From contig NW_024704742.1 of NCBI RefSeq assembly GCF_018977255.1, positions 37,574,001-37,638,000 of the forward strand: DNA of 64,000 bases, written 5' to 3'. This DNA is from Callorhinchus milii (lineage: Eukaryota). How positions within the stretch are numbered: position 1 is the first letter of the stretch; every line of letters begins with the position of its first letter. Below are positions 1-13,151 of this stretch, piece after piece. A model generated the notes under the pieces. It was not told where the DNA came from, searched no databases, and saw only the letters and a program-made list of their open reading frames with translations. Made by a program: the position numbers and the translations under genes.

Positions 1-246
1 AACAAAATCTATCTAAATAAATGGTTCAGGAATTTTAATTCCGACTTTGTTTTTAAATAAATCAATGAAAGTACATGCAGTCAAACGGTACAGAAATTCC
101 AATCACAGCAGAATACCCATTGTCCACTTGTGACCGCCTGTGTCGACAAACTGCCTCTGTTGACAAAACTCGAATGGTCCTGACATGTCAACGTAAGTGG
201 GTAGGACTGTTTCTGTTTAATGAAATTCTGCATCATTTTCTTTCAG

Positions 247-348
247 GATGACGGCCCTACGGCTCGAGACATAATCACGAGGTACACAACTGGCAAGAAA
301 AACACAAAATACAAAAGAAAACTGGAAAAGGCCATGAAAGTTCTGAAA
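247..348 (+). CDS. SDAD1: SDA1 domain-containing protein 1, internal exon (first in window; gene 5' part lies upstream)
   Basis: tttcag|GAT...AAA|gtaagc; translates [34 protein letters not shown], matching recalled vertebrate SDAD1. Confidence 0.95.
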
Positions 349-743
349 GTAAGCACATTACAGCAGACCTGTGTTGGGTAATAAAGTACATTTGTTAGTC
401 ATGCATAGTGCAATGTGAAACTATTAATTTTTTAGTTTTATCAGTTAGTTAATACTGTAACATATCGTTTCTGAGGTACTTGCTCTGCACCTTATTAAAA
501 TGAACTTAAAAGGAGGAATAATACAAAAGTGTAAAAATGTTCTAATTAAAGTGTGTTTTCATTGAGTTTGCTAAAGACAGGTGATGTAGGCATTTAGAAA
601 CTTGACATTTGCATTTCTTATTAAAGGGGTTTGGTTGTCCTGAATTTCCGGCTTGCTCATGACAATTCTAGTATTTGTGATTCTAACCACTGTATCCTGG
701 TGTTTATTGTCTGCTTAAAAATGTATACTTATTTTTTATACAG

Positions 744-813
744 AAACATAAAAAGAAGAAACATCCTGAAGTGTTTAATTTTTCAGCAATTCATCTAATT
801 CACGACCCACAAG
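744..813 (+). CDS. SDAD1: SDAD1 exon
   Basis: cag|...|gtacga; [23 protein letters not shown]. Confidence 0.96.
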
Positions 814-949
814 GTACGAGATTGTGTTTTCTTTGACCTTCTGACAACAGGAAAAAATATTCATCCAATTTCCTGTAGCTGACCTCTTTGTGATTTGGTT
901 ATTTGATTTTTGACTTTTGCAACAGGATAAGAACAATAGACTTTTCCTC

Positions 950-1470
950 ACTAAATCTTCCTTGTGATAGAGAGATCCGATACAAGGGGACATAGGCCTC
1001 AAATCAGAATTAAGAAGGTTAGAACTGGACTCAGGAAGTATTTCTTCACACAGCAGGTTGTGAAAATGTGGAATGCTCTGCCCCAGAAAGCTGCAGAGAT
1101 AGAATCAGTAGGGAACTTTCTGGAAATCCCTATGGGGTATCAACAGATCTGCCAAGGTATAATACAATATAAATTTACACCTGGAGGACGTCCCAAGGCT
1201 CTTGACAGTCCATGCGTAGCACTTGAGCTGAGTGTGGGAGCCAAGGAGGCTGGGAGGGGAAAGATGATTGAAGATGTAGCCGAAGGGGTAGGTCTCGAGA
1301 CAGAGATTGAAAAAGGTGAGGGAGGAGCCCCAGACAAAGGAATTGGTCGGTTTGGAATGGTTTGAGGAGGTCGCAGAGGTAAGGTGGGGCAAGACCATGA
1401 GATCTAATAAACTGGTGGGACAGAATTGATTGGCAGAATCAATTGTTCCTGTGTTCCTATATTCCTAAAA
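950..1470 (+). mobile_element. CR1 LINE 3' fragment interrupted by a - strand L2 3' fragment (~1160-1400)
   Basis: TRGH...LRKYFFTQQVVKMWNALP CR1 ORF2 C-terminus; nested L2 tail motif aggacgtcccaagg. Confidence 0.8.
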
Positions 1471-1935
1471 TCAATCTAGATGTTTCCTTCTAACAAAGAA
1501 ATCCATGTAGAAACTTTTGGTTATCTAGTGCTGTATTTTTCCTGACCTTGCATTCCTTGTGATTTGGCATAAATAACCAGTAGTTAGGACAGATCAGATG
1601 GTAACTTGCCTTATACTTTTGTTGCTTGGTGGTAGGTTGGGTCCAAGTGGAGAGAAGTGCTCCAAGCTAGCCAATGTGTACCTGAGAACGTTTGTCAATT
1701 CAAATGTGTAACAGAAATCCCTTATAGTGATAGTTCTGGGATGGATGAAGGCTTGTTTCTAACGATTGTATACAAATTGCTAAAACTGTACAGAAAACCG
1801 GTCAGTAGAACTCTTAAGTAAAAATTTAACAAAAGTAAAGGTTGGAGCCTCCCATGTTTTAGTAGAGTCCAATATTTTATATCATTTTGGCAACAGTTTT
1901 GAAAGAAGTGTAATAAAACTTTTAATTTGTTACAG

Positions 1936-2039
1936 ATTTTGCAGAGAAACTTTTCAAACAGTTGGAAAGTTCCAAGGAAAGATTCGAAGTGAAAATGATG
2001 ATGATGAACCTAATATCAAGACTTGTTGGAATTCATGAG
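1936..2039 (+). CDS. SDAD1: SDAD1 exon
   Basis: tacag|...|gtgatc; (D)[34 protein letters not shown]; phase consistent. Confidence 0.96.
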
Positions 2040-2157
2040 GTGATCAATATTCTGTGTTTTTTAGAAATCATTCTTGTGATGCGGATCATTTGATAGGAGG
2101 ATTTCATAAATAAATTGATATCAGTGTACAGAGCCAGCAATTCCTGTATAGTGTAAT

Positions 2158-2256
2158 TAGGGGTTTCAATCCCAGATTTCAGAATAATTACCGCACGAGG
2201 TGCCGGGAATCCCATATGGTAATTGTATTCCTGAAATCCCAGGATTGCAACCCCAA
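2158..2256. mobile_element. Palindromic hAT-type MITE
   Basis: Arms taggggtttcaatcccagatttcagaataattacc / ggtaattgtattcctgaaatcccaggattgcaaccccaa; 8-bp TSD agtgtaat (2150-2157) / agtgcaat (2257-2264). Confidence 0.7.
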
Positions 2257-3066
2257 AGTGCAATACCAGTTGGCCAGTTGCCTAGAGAACCCCAATAAAC
2301 TGCTCCAGAATTTATAGAAATCACAGCATACAAGAAGACCATTAGCTGAATGAGCATAAAGTGGTGCTAACTACTCTATTGGTAATTCCCTGTTCTTTTG
2401 TGTACCCATTTTAAGTGCTTCCTCTTCAAATGTATATCTAATTCTCTGTCAGTCTTTATTTAAAATTGCTTATGAAAACATGATTCTCCTTTTTTTCTTC
2501 ATTTGCCCACTTCACTCTTGTAATAAAACTTGGAAAATTAGGTGATTTTTTTTCACAGGAGTCGTTGGGATGCGGAATGCCCTGCCAAGAAAGGTAGTAG
2601 AGGCGGACTCCATTGTGAGTTTCAAGGAGGAAGTAGACTGATAAATGAAGAATAAAGGCTTGAAGGGGTATTGTGATAAGGCAGGGCAGTGGGATTGAAG
2701 CCAGCGAAGACTCAAAGGGCCGAATGGCCTCATTGTGTGCTACAAATTTTTATGATTCTAAGAAAGAAGACGATGAACTGCCAGATGTTTTTAGAATATG
2801 TCTTGCCTTTGTGAATGGGTTGGCTAAATGGGTTCTGAATCTTATCAGTAATCATTTAGCAACCTGACTAGTGTGTATCTTGACTGTCTTCTGCTGAAGC
2901 CTAGAGTATTTGCGGTCTTGGGTTTGACGTTTGCAGCTCTTGCATAAAGTGTTGTGCTCTTCCAGAACATAAAGAAGACTTTTCATCTCTGCAGTGCATA
3001 AAGCATGACTGTGTGTGTGTACATGTTATATATATGGTGCTTATTTTGTTTTCTTTTTGGTTTTAG

Positions 3067-3124
3067 TTATTCCTTTTTAACTTCTACCCATTTCTGCAAC
3101 GCTTTCTTCAACCACATCAAAGAG
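3067..3124 (+). CDS. SDAD1: SDAD1 exon
   Basis: ttttag|...|gtgagt; LFLFNFYPFLQRFLQPHQR. Confidence 0.96.
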
Positions 3125-3194
3125 GTGAGTCGAGCTCAAATGTTGTCCGATTCAATCACTATTTTTCATTGACTGAGCCACCAATGATAATAAT

Positions 3195-3570
3195 AACAAC
3201 GCATTTATATAGCACTGCTCACACAGGGTAGTGTCCCAGAGTACTCGACAGTGGCGGAGCACCATGCCAAGCTGGGGGGAAGGGGAGGTGACCATAGGCA
3301 CGGTTGAATAGGAAGGTCTTCAGGTGCGACCTGAAAATGGGGAAGGAAGGGACAAGGCGTAGGAATAGAGGAAGAGTGTTCCAGAGTTTCGGGGTGTAGT
3401 GGCTGAAAGTGCGGCCACCATTGGTGGAACTGAGAGCACGAGGGACATACAGAAGGCTGGAGCCACTCAAGTGGAGACAGCGGATTTTAGGTTGGGGGGT
3501 AAGCAGGTCGGAGTGGTAGGGAGGTGTCAGGACATGAAGGGATTTGAAAACGAGTGTGAGGATTTTGAAA
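3195..3570 (-). mobile_element. L2 LINE 3' fragment
   Basis: FKILTLVFKSLH...GGRTFSHYTPKLWNTLP...FRSHLKTFLF. Confidence 0.85.
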
Positions 3571-3901
3571 TCAACAACTTGCATTTAATACGGCTCTTTC
3601 ATGTAAAATAAAACTTTTTTTTAGCTTTTTACAATCAGGAATGAATTGAATGTTGTTATTCTGGCAAATCCTATCAGCATCCCACAAACAAGAATGAGAC
3701 TTGCAGATACCAAACTTGAATTTAGGGGGTAAATTTGTATTAGGAGGGATACAAGCCAGCTTAACTCAGAGCAAGGCAACCATGTTTCTTTGAAGCAATG
3801 GCAGCAGTGCTCTTTAAGTCAACTTGAATCAAAGGTAGGTGGAAACTAAAATTAACACAATGGATTAACCCATTAAAACCAATCCTTCCGTGTTCTTTCA
3901 G

Positions 3902-3960
3902 ATGTGACCAAGATTCTCCTCCACGCTGCTCAGGCCACTCATCAGCTTGTTCCACCTGAG
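3902..3960 (+). CDS. SDAD1: SDAD1 exon
   Basis: ttcag|...|gtaatt; (D)VTKILLHAAQATHQLVPPE. Confidence 0.95.
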
Positions 3961-4939
3961 GTAATTGTCAAAACTTTAAATCTTAAATGTTAGTGTTTAG
4001 AATTTTAACGTTAACTTTTTGAGATATATTGAATTAATTTTCTTACACAATTTCATTTNAAAAAAACATTTCATGTTTGTATTCAATTTTGAATCTTAAA
4101 GAATCCTTAAGGTCATATTTCTGAATTTTTGGTGACCTGTCTTGCACATTTATGATCTCAGTCATTGACTTGCAAAACATTGCTTGGAAATGTTAAAGAC
4201 AAAAACAAGACTTAAAACTTGAACAGTGCTGTTTGCAGCTGTAGATCATCCAGAAAGGATTTGAACTACGTGTTCATGTGATCTTAGTTATGAGTCTTTC
4301 TCCCCAGTCTGCAGGAATTTCTGCTTGAAATAGACCAGAATTGACTCCATGCAGCAATTGCTGAGCAGGACAAAGAATGAGTGAATAGTAGAATGTGCTG
4401 CCAGAGCTACGGTTCTGTAGCAGCATAGAGAATAATGTCCAATAAAGGATATTATTTCACTTCTGTGACTTCAAATTCTATCCAGTCGTAGCCTGTGAAA
4501 CCTAAAATTATAAGGTTTCACAAAATTGTGGGAAATTCTTAAATTCCATCTTAATTTGGGAGTTTTTTTCCCCACTTCTTGCCGAGAACGATCTTTCAGA
4601 TCAAGACTGCATTTAAACATTTTCCACAATTCAGTAGGTATAATTTTGAGCATCTGTTTAGAGTTTTCAAAGCACTGCTGAAAGATTAAAAGCTACCCGT
4701 TCGGTCTGTTATTGTTATGTTGTACATTGGCTGAATTGTTGGTGAATTGTTCGTGAAGAATTAGGAGCCACAGTCCCTCCAAACCAGTCGTTTGTACAAA
4801 TTCCACATCATCTGTGGAGGAGCCCAAGTGTGAGCAAGTGGATACTGACTGAAATAGAGTGACAGTGCATTCTTCCCAGGGTTAATGTGTTCAGGAGTAT
4901 GGATATTGACATGATTACAATAAGCATTTTTTTTCCTAG

Positions 4940-5016
4940 ATTATACAAACAATGGTGATGACTGTAGCAAACAACTTTGTGACGGACAGAAACTCTGCTG
5001 AAGTAATGACCGTAGG
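4940..5016 (+). CDS. SDAD1: SDAD1 exon
   Basis: cctag|...|gtaatg; IIQTMVMTVANNFVTDRNSAEVMTVG. Confidence 0.96.
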
Positions 5017-5419
5017 GTAATGTAACAAACTTTCAATTATTAATCCTATCCAGAAAAATATATAATTACCTTCATGTAACAGCTTCCTTTTGGTGAAGAA
5101 AGGTTTGATTCAGAAAAGAATGTATTCAGAGGGTATGTCTTTGATGTTATACCTGCTTCCCCTTTGGTAATGCTTCCACTTGGATTTCCTGAGTGACAGG
5201 CGAGCTGACCTGTTTGGCTCCTTGTGCCCCTGTGAGATGGGAGCAGCTGCAATCTGCCCATCCCACCCAGGGGAAGTGACACAGACTGTGTTGTACAGAG
5301 GAATGTACAAGACTGGAAAAGCGCATTGCAATACAAGTGCTCGGTCCCTAAGTAAAACTGCCTTGTAAAAAAAATTACACTGCTTAATCTCTCAGGCCCT
5401 TTAGTTGAATTCTTCACCA

Positions 5420-5638
5420 AACCTTAACTCTTCAACAACCTGCGCCTAATGCTTTTTGGAATTAGGTAAGCAGGATGCTGACTTTCAGGGAGAGAAACAC
5501 GCATTACATTCCAACAATCTTATCTCTGGAATTTCCATGTGTTGGTGAGATGCATGGAATACTCAGTTTGGCTTGGATACTCTTAAGCATGGTGATGGGT
5601 TTCCGCATGTGTCAGACACCTGGCTAACCAAAAAAAAA
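5420..5638 (+). mobile_element. Unclassified short retroposon with poly(A) tail and 15-bp TSD
   Basis: TSD ttgaattcttcacca at 5405-5419 and 5639-5653; A-tail; related copies near 10490-10711 and 18935-19045. Confidence 0.75.
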
Positions 5639-6397
5639 TTGAATTCTTCACCAGATACCTATCTAATGGCATATTGAATTTGCTAATGCAAACGATGGCT
5701 GTCCATTACCCCTGCTGGGTACTCAATTCCATGTGTTCACCATTCTTTGTAAAATGATGAAAGAGTCTGCCCACATTTCCCATTCTGAACTAGAAATACC
5801 TCCATGGTCTTGCCCTCCCCCTATTCTGTGACTTTCTCAAGCACTACCAACCTTGCTTTCCCTTCCCAGCCTGCTTCATGGCTCTGCTCTACCCGCCCCA
5901 TTGTTAATGGGCAGGCTTTCAGCATATTTTGCTCCCACTCTCTGGAATTCCATCCTGGAGATTCCTCCGACTTTCTCCCTCTCTTACTTTGTTCAAGGTA
6001 CTCTCAAGACCTGCTTCTTTGATCATCTTTCTCCTCCTTACCTCTTTGGCTCCTACCCCAGCTCAGGTGCCAAGCCAGTATTGTTAAGGGTCTTTGGCCA
6101 TCCCCTGAAGTGTAAGGCACTATACAAATGTAGATTTGTATTGCATTCTGAGTTGAGCATGTTGAAATAATGCTACTCTGACACCTCCAACAATGCAGTG
6201 CTCCTCAAAGTACTGTATTGGAGGGTCAATCTAGACTGAAATCAAAGCCCTGACGTAGGGTTTGAACACAATCTTCTGACTCAGAGGTGAGAGTACTACC
6301 AACTGAACCAAACCAATGCCTTTTTGAGATTTTACAGATAGGATTCAGGTCCACGATTTAACAGCTGAACCTCTGAACCATTTCTTTACAAAAACAG

Positions 6398-6495
6398 AAT
6401 CAATACCATCAAGGAAATCAGTGCTCGATGCCCCCTCGCCATCACAGAAGATCTTCTCCAGGATCTTGCTCAATACAAGACACACAGAAATAAAA
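6398..6495 (+). CDS. SDAD1: SDAD1 exon
   Basis: aacag|...|gtgagt; [32 protein letters not shown]. Confidence 0.96.
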
Positions 6496-7219
6496 GTGAG
6501 TCAGCGGATTTTAAATCTATATATTTTAAATTTTGTTTTGTCTTTCGATTACCAATTCGAGTAGGGCCAGCTAAATCACCATGTGTTTAATGAACTCTGT
6601 TATATAATTTTCTCCATTTGAAAATGAATTGTATCATTAAATGCTCTCCCATTCCAGTTCACAAGATATTCTCAGATATGATTTTGCTGAAGCTGTGACA
6701 GATGGTGCATTTATTCGATGTCTCTGTGACTAGTGTATCTGTTACATTGTGACTTTGATAGTAATTTGGTATGCAAGCTCATACTCAGTGTGGGGATTCA
6801 TTTAGAGTGCCAACGGAACCACTTAAATTTGCCACACGTTGTGAAGAGAATGTTTCTGAAATAGTCTTTGAAGTTCTTTTTTTCCCTTTGCAAAGGACCC
6901 TTAGCTGGTACTTCGCTGATAATGACACTCAACAGAGGAATCAAACAACTAGTAGTCATCACTAACTCTTCATGCATTAATATCTGTGCCTCTATTCGTA
7001 TGCCATGCCCTATGTATTGACCACAATCACTTAGAACGTAAATTAGAATTGTGGAAATTTACAGCGCAGAAGGAGGCCATTTGGCCATCAAGTCTGCACT
7101 GGCTCTCAGAGTAAGCTGTTCATTCAATCGCTCTGCCCTTCTTTATCCCCATACTCCTTCAAGCCTTCAGCTTTCAGTTACCTGTCTACTTCCAACCTTT
7201 GTTCTATTATTGCTCTCAG

Positions 7220-7296
7220 ATGTGGGGATGTCTGCCAAATCACTGATTCATCTTTTTAGAAGCATGAACCCTCAGATGTTGCACAAGAAAGACCGG
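7220..7296 (+). CDS. SDAD1: SDAD1 exon
   Basis: ctcag|...|gtaaga; (N)VGMSAKSLIHLFRSMNPQMLHKKDR. Confidence 0.96.
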
Positions 7297-8899
7297 GTAA
7301 GACAGACTGTGAAATACTGAAATGTTTAGACCCCGTAGTAACTACTTGATAGCAAGAGTTTATGGCCAATTTCAGGGTGTGAGAACAATAGAGACCTCTA
7401 CTTATTGTTACACCATTTACTTTGCAAGATGCTGGTTTTGTTTTGGAAGTGAATCTTCCAACAAAATTCCAACGCACATGAAATAAAGTGTAGTGGAAAC
7501 TGACGGTGTTGCCGAGATATTTTGGCGATTTCACTCCCAGGGTCATTTCTGGTCTCTACTAATGTTTGCACCGCATTAAAATAATTTTTAAAATAAGTGA
7601 ATGAATTAATTGCCATTCATCAGGAAAAGATGCACGTCACTGAGCCATGATGATTGCGTGTGATGTATTTACATGTGAAACACGATGGAGCTATTGCTCG
7701 ATGGGTTACCGCTGCTCATCATCGTATGAACTTGTTCTCTACCGGGGGCAGCCTGAGCTGTGAGCTTGCCTCAGGAGAATCAATGGTGACTTTAGGAGAA
7801 AGTTTGTAAGGAAAAGATTATTGGTCATTTTTGCTTCAGAAACCACTGTGTGCCTATAAGTATACAATACAATATTACATTACATTTGTACTCCGCCTTT
7901 CACATCAGGAGGATGTCCCAAGGCGCTGGACAATCAGCGATTTGGACACAACCCTGGGATCGGGAAGGGTAGGAGGGTGGCCAAAGGCTCTGTCGAACAG
8001 GAGGGTTTTGAAGGAGGCAAGGGAGGGAGCGAGGTGAAGGGAATGTGGGATGGAGTTCCATAGGATGGGAGAAGAAAGGCTGGAGGCCTGGCCGACAATG
8101 GTGTTTGCATAACTTGCTGCTTGGAACGCCAGCACTCAGAGTTAATGAAATGCGCCCTAGGAGCCAGCAGTCATGAGCTGATCTAAGACTCCAAGCTGAT
8201 TCCAGCATGAATATCAATCTTTAGAATCAAAACCTCTGCTCTGCTCTGATATACACTTTGGAAAACAGATGGCTTTCAATAGTTTTAATGAGCCCCAGAT
8301 ACCCACATACTGATCATAGAGCAGACATCTCTTCTGGCAGTCTTTTTGCTGTAAATTGTAATTGTTGTGCTGCATGAAGCATGGGAGTTTGAACCAATTC
8401 GACAGGATTTAAACTGTGAGCCATTAGCTAAAATGGCCACTTAATCTCATCTACTGAGGCTGCATGTTTCGAGAGTAAGGTGAGTGGATGGGGAAGAAAG
8501 AAGGAATTAAATTGCCAATAAACCCAGATAGAGATGGATGCACTTTGAAGACTTGTGATGAGACAGAACCATTCTTAAAATTGTTCTCATCTCTCTTCAA
8601 TTCTATGAGCAGGAAAATAAGATACAATTGCTAGTGTAGGAGCTGCTGTGACATAATCTCATTCTCCTTTGTTAATATTTCTATAATTGTGTGCGGCTGC
8701 CTCTGTTCCTCGGCTGAATTGAAGTCTACAGAGGGTGAAAAACAGAGCAGAGTACCCACTGACCCACTGATAGGGGAGCAGAACTGAGAAACTTGATCAA
8801 TACGTGTTTAAAGGCCACGTCACGGTGAGATCTGCTCAGTGTCCATCTGCATTATAATAGTTATTAAAATCAGAAATCTAAACTCTGCTTCTTCAATAG

Positions 8900-9023
8900 G
8901 GTAAACCTACTGAAGCCTCGCTGGAAGCTAAATGTCATGAATATGGTGAACTGGATGCTAAAGACTACATCCCAGGAGCAGAGGTCCTGGAAGTGGAGGG
9001 AGTGGAGAGTAAAGAGGATAATG
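8900..9023 (+). CDS. SDAD1: SDAD1 exon
   Basis: aatag|...|gtaggt; [41 protein letters not shown]. Confidence 0.96.
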
Positions 9024-9490
9024 GTAGGTCCTTTGGTTTTTCCCTGCCTTGCAGTGTGGGTGATACTGTGATACTCCCTCCAGGCAATTTCTCTGACTCT
9101 TGATGATGATTAGCAGTTGGACCTACAAGAAGCACAATTCATTGGGACATGGTGATATTCTATCTGACTGCCTAACACAGAGGCAACTGAGTTGGAGTGA
9201 CTCTCTCCTTGATACAGTGAGCCATCAATACAAATTTTCTAATAATAACGATGAACCTTACATTCTGTATATATAGTGCCTTTTTCATTTTGAGACTCTT
9301 TCTCACAAAGTGCGTCAAAGGGTATACTGTAAAGTGTAATGACTATATTTTGTAGACTTTTGTATGATTTTAGGGTAAAGTTTAGAATTCATTTCACATA
9401 CTGGCTGGGCTTCTTTGTAAGCGTTTAGATAATATTTTATCCGAGGTGAAATATACTGAGTAGAGATTACGAGCCAACTTTCAATTGCAG

Positions 9491-9585
9491 ATGGATGGGA
9501 GAGTGCGAGCATGGATGAAGATGAAGATGATGAAGGCTGGGTTGATGTTCATCATTCTTCAGATGAAGAGCAGCAGAAGGAAGTG
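9491..9585 (+). CDS. SDAD1: SDAD1 exon
   Basis: tgcag|...|gtaagt; (D)GWESASMDEDEDDEGWVDVHHSSDEEQQKEV. Confidence 0.95.
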
Positions 9586-11159
9586 GTAAGTTCTACTTGG
9601 GCACTTGAATATTTCATACTGCGTCAAATCTCATTGAACAATTTTTTTTACTGCTCTTTTTATGACGTCTTTTGAACCTTTTTCACCTAAATTTCTGGTA
9701 CTTGCCAAGATTACTGGAGCAATGGTTTGAAGAATTGATAGACTTTAGAGTGAAAACATAAAATTCTAAGATTGCATTTAATGAAATGTAGGTCGGTCAG
9801 AATTATACATTGAGTTCAACGATGCGCTTGATGAGTAATTGGGAGAAAATCTGAACATCAGTGCCTTTGTTACTCAGTAACCAGAGGTCTCATCCTCTCA
9901 GCTCTCATCCCCAGGTTAGGCACCCAGCCAGCATTGTCAAGCACTTTGAGACATCCTCCGGACGTGAAAAGACATTATTATAAGCATAAATTATGTTGTA
10001 TTATATGACTGACCTTGTCTTCATAAGGACAGCCCTACAATGTCACTTGGACATCTGTGAGAAAATATAGGTCGGAGAAGCTCACTGTTCAAGGCCTAGT
10101 CCATGAAAATACTTTTCAAGACACTTGGTTGTCAATTAGGCAGAGTGTGGAAAGGGAGAGGTTGCAAATCTGTACAGAGTTGCCTGTTGAAGAGAATTTT
10201 AAATTAATCGAGCCTCTTATTTAAGCATATTTTATACACTGTCTACAAATCTGTGCCTGAGCAATAATATTATAATAAGAAGATTGATGTTTGCAACAGA
10301 ATAGCAAAGGGCATCGCTGAATAAGCGTTCACAATTGGGGAAAAAAAGTATTAACCTTGAATTCTGTGCAAATAATTTGTTAACAGATGAAAGTTTTAAG
10401 ATAACATTTTAGTTAGATTGTGTTTCTAGCGAGAGAGAAAAAGCTTCATCTTTCAAAAACCCAGTGCAGTACCACAATGCACACTCTTAACCAAGCCTTG
10501 GCTCTTGCCAACCTGCGCCTAATACTTTCCAGAATTAGGTAAGCGGGATGCGTCCCTCCAGAGAGAGCATCCCATTCCAGACATGGAAATTTTCACATGT
10601 AAGTGGAATTCTGTCTGGGTTGGACACTCTTTAAGCATGGTGATGGGTGGTATGTGCAAGTGTCAGCCACACAGTTGTCCCCCGTCCTCCCCCTCTCCCC
10701 CCAAAAAAAAAGTTAAATGAACAAAGTAAACTCAGCTGAGATAGAATATGCAAATGTATTTCAAATAAATCTTGTTCTCCAGTCCTCTCACAGGTGAATT
10801 CTGTAAAGAATTGACTATAAGAGATTCCAACAATTCTTTATTTCTGAGTCAGTTATTGGGAGACACTGAAGCGCTGACAAATCTCCCTCTGATTTTGTAA
10901 CATTGTTTTGTTTCTAGCGCCAAGATTTTGTAAGTTTTTCAATTCGCAGGGTGGCCAGATTTGAGTTAAAAAGAGCTTGTGCTGCCACTAAGAAAAGTGA
11001 CGTGGAAAGGCCAGTTTGTCTAATCATTTAGGTTTCCATTTGATCACTAGAAACCCCTATCCTTGTGCCTAAATTTGTAATCAAGGTCTACACAAGTTCC
11101 ATTTGTGTTCAAAATGTCCATGGGAAAATTCACCCACTTGGTTTTCTTTGAAGGGCATT

Positions 11160-12075
11160 CATAGAATTATACAGCACAGAAGGAGGTCATTTGGCCCAAC
11201 ATGTCTGCCGACTCTTTGAAAAGAGCTATCCAATTCAATCCCACTCCCCCACTCTCTCGCCATAGCCCTGCAAACTTGTCCTCCTCAAATAATTATCTAC
11301 TTCTATCTTAAAAGTTGTTATCGAATCAGCTTCCAACACACTTTCAAGCAATGCATTTTATATCCCAACAACTCACTTTGTGAAAACATTTCTCCTCACC
11401 TCCCCTCTGTTTCTTTTAACAACTATTTTAAACCGGTGTCCTCGGGTTACCGACCCACCCGCCAGTGGAAGTAGTTTCTCCTTGTTCATCCTATCGAATC
11501 CCCTCATAATTTTAAAAAGTTATATTAAGTCTCTTCTTAACCTTCTCTGCTCCAAGGAGATCAACAACTTGCACTTATATAGCGCTCTCCACGCAGGATA
11601 GCAGGATAACAGTGGCGGAGCCTGACTCTGAGCCAGTGGGAGGGGGGAGGTGGCTGTAAACACAGTCGAACAGGAATGTTTTCAGGTGGGACTTGAAAGA
11701 GGGGGCAAGGCAGAGGGATTGAGGGAGAGAGTTCCAGAGTTTTGGGATGTAGTGGCTGAAAGCACGACCTCCGATGGTGGGGCGGAGGGTGCGAGAGACA
11801 AGCAGGAGGCCAGTGCCAGTCTAGTGGAGGCGCTGGGTGGTGGATTGGGGAGTGAGGACGTCGGGGAGGTGCCAGGGAGTGAATAGATTTGAACACGAGA
11901 GTGAGGATAATGAGAATAATTCTAGCTTCTCCTGATAAGAAGTCCCTCATTCCTGGTACCATCCTGGTAAGTCTCCTTTGCACCCTCTCCAAATGCCTTG
12001 ACATCCTTCCTAAAGTGTGGTGCCCGGAACTGAACACAGTACTCTCGCTGAGGCCGAATCAGTGTTTTATAAAGG
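11160..12075 (-). mobile_element. CR1 LINE 3' portion with nested L2 (~11561-11905)
   Basis: LERVQRRLTRMVPGMRD CR1 motif and tail (attctatg); L2 motifs inside. Confidence 0.85.
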
Positions 12076-12960
12076 TAAAATTATTTTCCTTTTTTTTAAT
12101 CATGAGATCTGTTTGGGTGAAGAAGGTCCCTTTTAACCCATTTGATCTCATCCTTACATCACCTGCTGTCTTCCCATGACAGCATTAAGCTGTTTTTCAA
12201 GATGAGTCCAGTTTCCAAGTCTGGTCTCTCCACATCTTTCTTGACAACCTGTTCCGGTCGTTAATTACGCTTTGGGAGAAATACTTCCTGGTATCTGTCC
12301 TGAATTTGCGCTTTGCCATACTGGCTATATTCTCTTGCCCTACTGTTGGTGCATCATATAGTACTCTACTGGATTTACGATTTCAATCCCATGTAAAAGT
12401 TAAAACAGATTAAAATTATATAGATATAAGGTTCCCCTGAGACATCTTCTGTCAAGACTGAAGAGCCCTATCTTGTCTTAATTGTTGCTCATTTCTCTAA
12501 CACCGGGGATCATCCTTGTTGTTCTCCCCTGTCATGCCTCTAAGACTCAGGCAGCCCCTTACGTTACAGTAACGTGAATTGCATGCAGTACTCTGACCAG
12601 AACACGATACGGCTTGAGTATGACAACTGGGGATCTGAACTGATGATTCTATGTCAAACATCGAATGCAACTGTGAGCAAATGACCAAACCTCTTGTTTA
12701 GTGAGTTCTAGACCAGCTGCTTAGAAAATATAATCTAAAAAACATGGCAAAAATTAGAGGGAGATTTGTCAGCACTTTAATTCTGACAAATCTTCCTCTG
12801 ATTTTTGCAATCTTTTTATACTATAATATTTTGTTTCTATCGCGAGGATTTTGTATGTCCCAGTAGCTAAATTTGTAAAAAGAACTGGTACTTGCTGTGC
12901 TGACCCTCACTGGAACTGCAATATTGCAGGCTTTTTCAGCTGATGTGTTTATTTGAACAG

Positions 12961-13151
12961 GAGGAGAAGTTGAAGAACATTCCTGCAGACTCGCGGAAGG
13001 TTAAAGCAGCTGCTGTCAGCTCCAGCCGCCTCCTAACACAGGACGACTTCAAGAAAATCCGTTTGGCTCAGATAGCCAAAGAAGTAGACTCTGCCCCTGG
13101 CAAAAGCCAAAAGAGGAAAGTTGTTGAGGTCGACAGTGATGAAGAAAGGAA
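12961..13151 (+). CDS. SDAD1: SDAD1 exon
   Basis: aacag|...|gtatgt; [63 protein letters not shown]. Confidence 0.95.

Noticed and set aside
4059..4059. Single N base
   Set aside because: Assembly ambiguity in an intron; the flanking exon phases are consistent.
7645..7760. Possible intronic box C/D snoRNA (ATGATGA...CTGA)
   Set aside because: Terminal stem only ~3 bp and no rRNA-complementary guide I can recognise.
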